NCBI GenBank assembly: GCA_020724585.1
Contig: DYGS01000001.1
Span: 358,002-422,001, forward strand
DNA length: 64,000 bases
Source: Candidatus Microgenomatus sp.
Lineage (GTDB): Bacteria; Patescibacteriota; Microgenomatia; UBA8517
Direction of reading: 5' to 3'
The translations under genes were made by a program, and so were the position numbers. The notes below the pieces were generated by a model. It was not told the DNA's origin. It worked only from the letters and a program-made list of their open reading frames with translations, and searched no databases. How positions within the stretch are numbered: the first letter of the stretch is position 1; each line of letters opens with the position of its first letter. Below are positions 58,535 through 64,000 of this stretch, one piece after another.

Positions 58535-58711
58535 CACTCTTCTGTTTGGTATAGCCATCGCTTTGACACAAAACCCATTGGGGTTTTGGCAATTTGGTAG
58601 GCCATTGACCAAACAGGTCTTGCAAAATAACTTCAAAATAATTCCAAACCTCATGCGCGAGCGCCTACAGTCGTTAGACTGCGCCTCCAAGCCCGCATGG
58701 GTTTCTCCCCA

Positions 58712-59119
58712 CTATTCGTTGTTACGAATAAATTTGATGCAGGCGACGCCGTTACCCATCAGGGCGAGTGAAACCACTACGATGGAAATGTAGAAGTCGT
58801 AATGCCATGTGAGAGTGGGCCAGAATTGAATCCAATTCAGCCACATCGCCGTGCCGAGGACATTGAGCAGGATCATGACCACTGTTGCGATTCCATCACG
58901 CCAGCCACTGGGATTGTTGAACGCCCAGAGGGTGAGGGTAAAGATTGCAAGCAACGATAACAACAGTGCCTGCAAAAAGGCGGATTGCTCGGTCGGATCC
59001 ATGATGAATCCCGTGAGCAGATATCCACCGCCCATGTATGCCCACAATTCAGCGAGGGTCATGAAGGCGAGGAACATCAAGGGCCAGACGATCAGCTTCA
59101 GGTATAACGGTTTGTTCAT
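58712..59119 (-). CDS. Membrane protein (4 TM) encoded in an anomalously GC-rich segment
   Basis: A 135 aa ORF. The surrounding 58560-59280 is visibly more than 50% GC with GC-ending codon usage, unlike the rest of the window. Confidence 0.5.
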   Translation of the reverse strand: MNKPLYLKLIVWPLMFLAFMTLAELWAYMGGGYLLTGFIMDPTEQSAFLQALLLSLLAIFTLTLWAFNNPSGWRDGIATVVMILLNVLGTAMWLNWIQFWPTLTWHYDFYISIVVVSLALMGNGVACIKFIRNNE

Positions 59120-59452
59120 TTTACTCTCCTTTTCAAATTTGAACTTGCACAGGTCCAGTCATGGTTTTTATTGTTAAGAACATGTAATGTTCCAACGAGA
59201 ATAAGGCGCGACGTAAGGTCGTGATCTGATTCATGCCCAGAATTGTGCAGTCCAAACTTAAATTTGGAGAACTATTTTTGCAAGATTGTTAAAGTACTCT
59301 TCGACAGGCTCAGAGCTAGCTTTTTCAGAAAGTTCAGGTGAACTTCTTTAGCAAACTCAGAGCGTATTACTTTTAATATCGCAAACCGATATTTAAGTGT
59401 CTAAATAATACCCTATAATATTACAAAAGTCAAGTTTTTAGATAATATTTAG

Positions 59453-59490
59453 ATTACCGCACTTTATTCGCAATGACACGGTTATCTCTG
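59453..59490. repeat. Partial copy (module A only) of the composite intergenic repeat
   Basis: TTACCGCACTTTATTCGCAATGACACGG matches the module A tail of copies 1 and 2. Confidence 0.45.
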
Positions 59491-59504
59491 TTAAAATAGT
59501 TTTA

Positions 59505-61343
59505 ATGAAAAAGATTTTTTTGTTTTTTGTTTTCTTGTTTACTCTAAGTACTTTGTACTTCGTACTTAGTACTAGTGTTCGAGCCGAAGGCGAGTTTTTA
59601 ACAGATTTTGAAGTAAGTTATACACTGGATGAATCGGGAATTACAAATGTTAAAAATAAAATTACTTTAACTAATGTTTTTACTAATTTATATGCAACAT
59701 CTTATTCAATTATTTTAAACAGCATTAATCCTGAAAAAATTATAGCTTATGGAGGCGATGGAACAAATTATAAAACCGAAGTTACTCAAAAAGACGGCGA
59801 GACCTTGATTAAAGTTGAATTTCCCGACAAAATTGTCGGAAAAGACAAGTCCAGAACATTTTGGGTTGAGTACAACGAGCGTTCTTTTGCGGTAAAAACA
59901 GGTGAAGTCTGGGAAATTTCTATTCCAAGACTAAGTGAAAATTCGCCGTTTGACAGCTATTTTGTATCATTATTTGTTCCTGAAAAATTAGGTCAGGAGG
60001 CTTACATTTCCCCTGATTATAGAAATAAATCTCAAGAAAATGGCTATTTTATATATAGATTTAATAAAGAAGATATTGAAAAATCTGGCGTTGTTGCTGG
60101 TTTTGGAGAATTTCAAGTTTTTAATTTTAATTTAAATTATCACCTTGAAAATCCTCTTGGCCGAACCGCCGTAACCGAAATAGCAATCCCCCCCGACAGC
60201 TCATTTCAAAAAGTTTACTATACGAATATTACTCCCAAGCCTCAAGATGTTTATATAGACCTTGACGGCAATTGGATAGCAAAATATGAACTTAAAGCAA
60301 GAGAGAGGGTAGATGTTTCTGCTTCCGGTTTTGTCCAAATTTTTGCAGGAGCAAGGCCTTTCCCGAAGCCTACAGATGAAATATTAAAGGTAAACTTAAA
60401 ACCCAAAAAATATTGGGAAGTTGATGACCCTAATATTTACAATTTGGCTCAAAATTTAAAAACTCCAAAAGCTATTTATGATTATGTTTCAAAAACTTTA
60501 AAATATGACTATCAAAGAGTAAGGCCAAATGTTGAAAGGCTAGGTGCCGTGTCGGCATTGAATTCGCCTCAAAGTGCAATTTGTATGGAGTTTACAGATT
60601 TATTCATAGCTATTGCTCGGGCGGCGGGTATTCCTGCGCGAGAAGTTAATGGTTATGCTTACACTGAAAATCCTGAAATTCAACCTCTTTCTTTGGTAAA
60701 TGATGTTTTACATGCCTGGCCGGAATATTATGATTATCAAAAAGGAGCTTGGATACCTGTTGATCCCACATGGGGTTCAACTACAGGAGGCGTTGATTAT
60801 TTTAATAAATTGGATTTAAGACATTTTGCCTTTGTCTATCATGGAACAGATTCAACTAAACCATATCCTGCAGGCAGTTATAAATTAGGAGCAAATCCGC
60901 AAAAAGATGTATTTGTATCATTTGGTACATTGCCAAAAATTAGAAATGCAGAGATCGAAATTAAAGCTAAACTTGAGAAGTGGATACCCTTAATTTCAAA
61001 TAGGCTAGATATTGAAATTTATAATCAAGGACCTTCCGCTGTTTACAACATAACTCCAAACATCTTTTTTGATAAATCGCCAGTTTTAAATAAAGAAAAA
61101 ATTGAAGTATTACTTCCGTTTGGCAGGCACAAGACGGTGATTGATATACCCTTTTCATTTTTAGGGGCAAAAACGCCTGATTTGGTAACAGTTTCAGTTG
61201 ATGGCAAGGAAGTTAAAGTTAAAACTTACAAGGATCAGGTTTTGATTTATAATCTATTGTTTCTATTTCTATTATTTTCTGCTATTTTAGTAACAGTAAT
61301 GATAAGGCTTAAAAAATGGAAATTTCCAAAGAAAATTTTTTAA
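59505..61343 (+). CDS. Secreted/membrane-anchored transglutaminase-like cysteine protease domain protein
   Basis: A signal peptide, a Cys-His-Asp triad context (CMEFTDLFIAIARAAGIPAR; HAWPEYY; VDPTWG), and a C-terminal TM anchor. Confidence 0.7.
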   Translation: MKKIFLFFVFLFTLSTLYFVLSTSVRAEGEFLTDFEVSYTLDESGITNVKNKITLTNVFTNLYATSYSIILNSINPEKIIAYGGDGTNYKTEVTQKDGETLIKVEFPDKIVGKDKSRTFWVEYNERSFAVKTGEVWEISIPRLSENSPFDSYFVSLFVPEKLGQEAYISPDYRNKSQENGYFIYRFNKEDIEKSGVVAGFGEFQVFNFNLNYHLENPLGRTAVTEIAIPPDSSFQKVYYTNITPKPQDVYIDLDGNWIAKYELKARERVDVSASGFVQIFAGARPFPKPTDEILKVNLKPKKYWEVDDPNIYNLAQNLKTPKAIYDYVSKTLKYDYQRVRPNVERLGAVSALNSPQSAICMEFTDLFIAIARAAGIPAREVNGYAYTENPEIQPLSLVNDVLHAWPEYYDYQKGAWIPVDPTWGSTTGGVDYFNKLDLRHFAFVYHGTDSTKPYPAGSYKLGANPQKDVFVSFGTLPKIRNAEIEIKAKLEKWIPLISNRLDIEIYNQGPSAVYNITPNIFFDKSPVLNKEKIEVLLPFGRHKTVIDIPFSFLGAKTPDLVTVSVDGKEVKVKTYKDQVLIYNLLFLFLLFSAILVTVMIRLKKWKFPKKIF

Positions 61344-62623
61344 AACTTCCCCAAACCCCAGGCGTTTATTTGTTTTACGACAAAAAGAAAGTAATTTATG
61401 TGGGCAAAGCCATAAATCTTAAAAATAGACTTAGTAGTTATTTTCAAATCAATTTACTGCTTAAAACCAAAAACATGGTTGAATCATCAGATAGCCTTAA
61501 ATATATAAAAGTAAATTCAGAGATAGAAGCACTTCTTTTGGAAGCAGAATTAATTAAAAAATATAAGCCAAAATATAATATAGTTTTAAAAGATGACAAA
61601 AGCCCGCTTTATATAGTAATTACCAAAGAAGAATTCCCAAGAGTATTAACTGTCCGGAAGTTATTCGCTATTAACTATTCGCTATTAGCTCTTTTTGGAC
61701 CATTCCCAAATTCATATCAAGTCAAGCAAATATTAAGAATAATTAGAAAAATAATACCATTCAGTGACCACAAATTAGGTAAAAAACCATGTTTATATAG
61801 CCATTTAGGACTTTGTAATCCATGCCCAAACACTATAAAAATGCTAAATTCTAAATCTCAAATACTAAATTTAACAAAACATTACACAAAAAACATAACA
61901 AGAATAAAGTTAATACTTTCGAGAAAATTTAATAGTGTTAGAGTAGCTTTGAAAAAAGAAATGGATAATTTATCTAAAGCACAAAAATATGAAGAAGCAA
62001 AGTTGATAAGAGACAAAATACGGACTCTTGATTATATTACACAAGAAAGAATAGATTCAGAAAAGTTTTTAGAAAATCCTAACCTAACCGAGGATATACG
62101 CAACCGAGAATTAAAAAGCTTTCTTGAAATTCTAAATTCTATATTACAAATTACAAATTTAGTAAGAATTGAGTGCTACGACATATCACACCTTGCGGGT
62201 GTGAAGGCTACTGCTTCAATGGTAGTTGCCATAAATGGAGAAATGGATAACAGCTTTTACAGACACTTTAAAATTAGACAAAAAAAATCGCAAAGCGATT
62301 ATCATTCTATGGAGGAGTTGGCAAGAAGAAGAATAAATAATTTTAAAAAATGGGGTAAGCCTGATTTAATTATTGTTGATGGGGGATTGGGTCAGGTTAG
62401 AGTATTTGCTAAAAGTTTAAAAAATTATAGAATTCCCGTTATTGGAATTGCTAAAAACCCCGATCATTTGGTATTTTCAAACGGTAAAAAAGTAAAGATT
62501 AAGGGGCCAGCGCTTAACTTAGTCCAAAGACTTAGAGATGAAGCCCATCGGTTTGCAAGAAGACTACACCATAAACTCATATCAAAATCCTTGCTTGACC
62601 ACAAAATGACACCTAATACTTGA
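61316..62623 (+). CDS. uvrC: Excinuclease ABC subunit C, short form (GIY-YIG, UvrBC motif and RNaseH-like domain; no C-terminal HhH)
   Basis: GIY-YIG (PGVYLFYDKKKVIYVGKAINLKNRLSSYF) and a UvrB-interaction motif (YEEAKLIRDKIRTL). At 435 aa it is shorter than canonical UvrC. Confidence 0.7.
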   Translation: MEISKENFLKLPQTPGVYLFYDKKKVIYVGKAINLKNRLSSYFQINLLLKTKNMVESSDSLKYIKVNSEIEALLLEAELIKKYKPKYNIVLKDDKSPLYIVITKEEFPRVLTVRKLFAINYSLLALFGPFPNSYQVKQILRIIRKIIPFSDHKLGKKPCLYSHLGLCNPCPNTIKMLNSKSQILNLTKHYTKNITRIKLILSRKFNSVRVALKKEMDNLSKAQKYEEAKLIRDKIRTLDYITQERIDSEKFLENPNLTEDIRNRELKSFLEILNSILQITNLVRIECYDISHLAGVKATASMVVAINGEMDNSFYRHFKIRQKKSQSDYHSMEELARRRINNFKKWGKPDLIIVDGGLGQVRVFAKSLKNYRIPVIGIAKNPDHLVFSNGKKVKIKGPALNLVQRLRDEAHRFARRLHHKLISKSLLDHKMTPNT

Positions 62624-62660
62624 TACTTGACACCCGATACTTGACACTTGATACTTAAAT
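62614..62660 (+). repeat. Tandem direct repeats (about 5 units of ATACTTGAC) overlapping the uvrC stop
   Basis: TAATACTTGATACTTGACACCCGATACTTGACACTTGATACTTAAAT, immediately followed by TATAAT and the ATG of the next gene. Confidence 0.6.
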
Positions 62661-62663
62661 ATA

Positions 62664-63065
62664 ATGAAAAGAATACTTAGGCATTTTGTAGTAAGCAGTG
62701 TCTCAATTTTTTTAAGCAGTTCAATTGCCAAGGGTTTATATTTTGAAAAAGGTCTGGAAACTATTTTGATGACGGGTTTGGGTCTCACATTGGTATCTTT
62801 AATTGCTAAACCTGTGATTAATATGCTTTTATTGCCCGTCAATCTTTTAACATTTGGTCTTTTTAGATGGGTGTCTGCTGTCGCTGTTTTATATATAGTC
62901 ACCATGACGGTTCCTGGTTTTAAGATCGCCGGTTTTGATTTTGGAGGCTACACCAGTCTTTGGATAGATCTTCCTCAGATTGTTTTATCTGGTTTTCTAG
63001 CAGTTTTAGCTTTTTCATTTCTTCATTCGATCATTTCCTCCTTTATTTATTGGCTTATGAAGTGA
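62664..63065 (+). CDS. Small 4-TM membrane protein (YvlD/phage-holin-4_2-like?)
   Basis: A 133 aa product with four hydrophobic helices. The family assignment is tentative. Confidence 0.4.
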   Translation: MKRILRHFVVSSVSIFLSSSIAKGLYFEKGLETILMTGLGLTLVSLIAKPVINMLLLPVNLLTFGLFRWVSAVAVLYIVTMTVPGFKIAGFDFGGYTSLWIDLPQIVLSGFLAVLAFSFLHSIISSFIYWLMK

Positions 63066-63085
63066 AAAACTAGTATAATTCAACT

Positions 63086-63292
63086 ATGAATCAGGCGTTG
63101 TCCATAATTCAAGGTTTGTCTGCTGCTGTTATTATAATTCTAGTTTTGCTTCAAGTTAGAGGTACTTCCTTGGGTAGAAGCAGTAATTCAGCATCCTTCA
63201 CCAGAAGGGGGCTTGAAAAAGTAATATTTAAAGCTACATTTGTAGTTTCCGCAATATTTTTAGCCGTCTCATTTTTAAATCTTTTGGTTTAA
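63086..63292 (+). CDS. secG: Preprotein translocase subunit SecG
   Basis: A 68 aa product with two TM helices flanking a Gly/Ser-rich loop (LLQVRGTSLGRSSNSASF), the SecG pattern. Confidence 0.6.
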   Translation: MNQALSIIQGLSAAVIIILVLLQVRGTSLGRSSNSASFTRRGLEKVIFKATFVVSAIFLAVSFLNLLV

Positions 63293-63300
63293 AAACATTT

Positions 63301-64000
63301 ATGCTTTCACTTCGCTACATATATAGACTAGTTGAGGCCTTTTTTAAAAAGTTTAAAGCCTTAATTGCAATTGGAGTACTTTTGGGTTTATTAGTGTTTT
63401 TTGCTCTTTATTTTGTACTGCCAAAGGCTATATCAAAGCACGAAAGAATTGGCCTTGTGGGTAGGTACTCTACGAATGATTTGTCATTAAATATTCTTAG
63501 CCAGCTGTCAATGGGATTAACCAAAGTTGAAATTGACGGTTCAATCACTCCGGGCATCGCCAAATCATGGGAAACGGCTGATGGTGGAAAATCATGGACT
63601 TTTGTATTGAATAATAATTTATTTTGGCAAGATGGAAAAAAATTAACTGCTTATGATTTAAATTACAATTTTAACGATGCTAAGTTTGAGGTGGTAAATG
63701 AAAATGAAGTTAAATTTAGTTTGGATAATGAGTTTAGCGCCTTTCCTGTGGTTGTTTCAAAACCTGTCTTTAAAAAGGGACTTTTGGGAGTTGGTGAATG
63801 GAAAGTTGGGCAAATTTCTTTAACAGGTGGTTTCGTCCAAAGATTGATGATTGCTCATAAAAATAGTGAGAAAATTACATACAAATTTTATCCATCAGAC
63901 GAGAGATTAAAGTTGGCTTTTAAGCTTGGTCATGTGGATACTGTAAGTAAGCTTCAAGACATTGATGAGTTTAAAAATTGGCCCAAAATTAAAATAGAAA
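63301..64000 (+). CDS. Solute-binding protein (ABC transporter, family 5-like), 3'-truncated at the window edge
   Basis: The frame is open from the ATG at 63301 to the window end. An N-terminal TM/signal anchor is followed by SBP_bac_5-like sequence. Confidence 0.45.
   Translation, partial: MLSLRYIYRLVEAFFKKFKALIAIGVLLGLLVFFALYFVLPKAISKHERIGLVGRYSTNDLSLNILSQLSMGLTKVEIDGSITPGIAKSWETADGGKSWTFVLNNNLFWQDGKKLTAYDLNYNFNDAKFEVVNENEVKFSLDNEFSAFPVVVSKPVFKKGLLGVGEWKVGQISLTGGFVQRLMIAHKNSEKITYKFYPSDERLKLAFKLGHVDTVSKLQDIDEFKNWPKIKIE

Noticed and set aside
1-64000. CRISPR arrays, DGR/retron reverse transcriptases, toxin-antitoxin pairs
   Set aside because: No regularly spaced direct repeats with unique spacers were seen. 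No ORF with an RT YxDD motif. No obvious small adjacent TA-like pairs with recognisable motifs.
1-64000. Alternative genetic code (UGA recoding as in Gracilibacteria/SR1)
   Set aside because: Long conserved genes (ftsZ, ileS, dnaE, uvrA) terminate at standard stops including TGA and give full-length products under code 11.

Overview
This 64 kb window is an AT-rich (roughly mid-30s % GC) bacterial chromosome segment read with the standard code (TGA is a stop). The gene content (small proteins, GatCAB, short HolA- and UvrC-like genes, many secreted or membrane hypotheticals) is consistent with a reduced-genome bacterium, possibly CPR/Patescibacteria, though I cannot confirm this from sequence alone. 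The core backbone runs as follows: a division cluster ftsQ(partial)-ftsA-ftsZ; a T-box-like leader, ileS and a SEDS FtsW/RodA gene; rplU-rpmA with a strong consensus promoter between them; parB-like, lepB and tRNA-Val; a large secreted C39-like protein; a roughly 6 kb surface-glycan locus (FkbM and SAM methyltransferases, GT4, GT2, Wzx-like flippase, truncated GT2, O-antigen-ligase-like); a Cas4-like PD-(D/E)XK nuclease; an FNR-like oxidoreductase; PolX, LemA-HtpX, gatCAB, MFS, dnaE, rplS, ruvC; a PEP-synthase-like gene with eno and gpmI; and lexA divergent from uvrB-uvrA, followed further on by uvrC, secG and a partial solute-binding protein. The main accessory feature is an AT-richer island of about 10 kb (about 22.46-32.24 kb). 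It is bounded by a tRNA-Thr/tRNA-Gly cluster on one side and tRNA-Asp on the other. A large serine recombinase abuts tRNA-Asp, with its 3' end overlapping the tRNA, and an attP-like palindrome cluster sits just upstream of it. The island also carries a terminase small-subunit-like gene with no large terminase or capsid genes (satellite-like or degraded prophage), an HExxH metallopeptidase-like two-gene operon, a frameshifted gene and several secreted or membrane hypotheticals. Other notable features are: a composite GC-rich intergenic repeat present in 2.5 copies; a GC-rich 230 nt segment upstream of rplU that is probably RNA rather than protein; a GC-rich 0.8 kb segment after uvrA encoding a membrane protein with foreign composition; tandem ATACTTGAC repeats at the uvrC stop; and tRNAs with non-canonical T-loops plus a duplicated tRNA 5' fragment.
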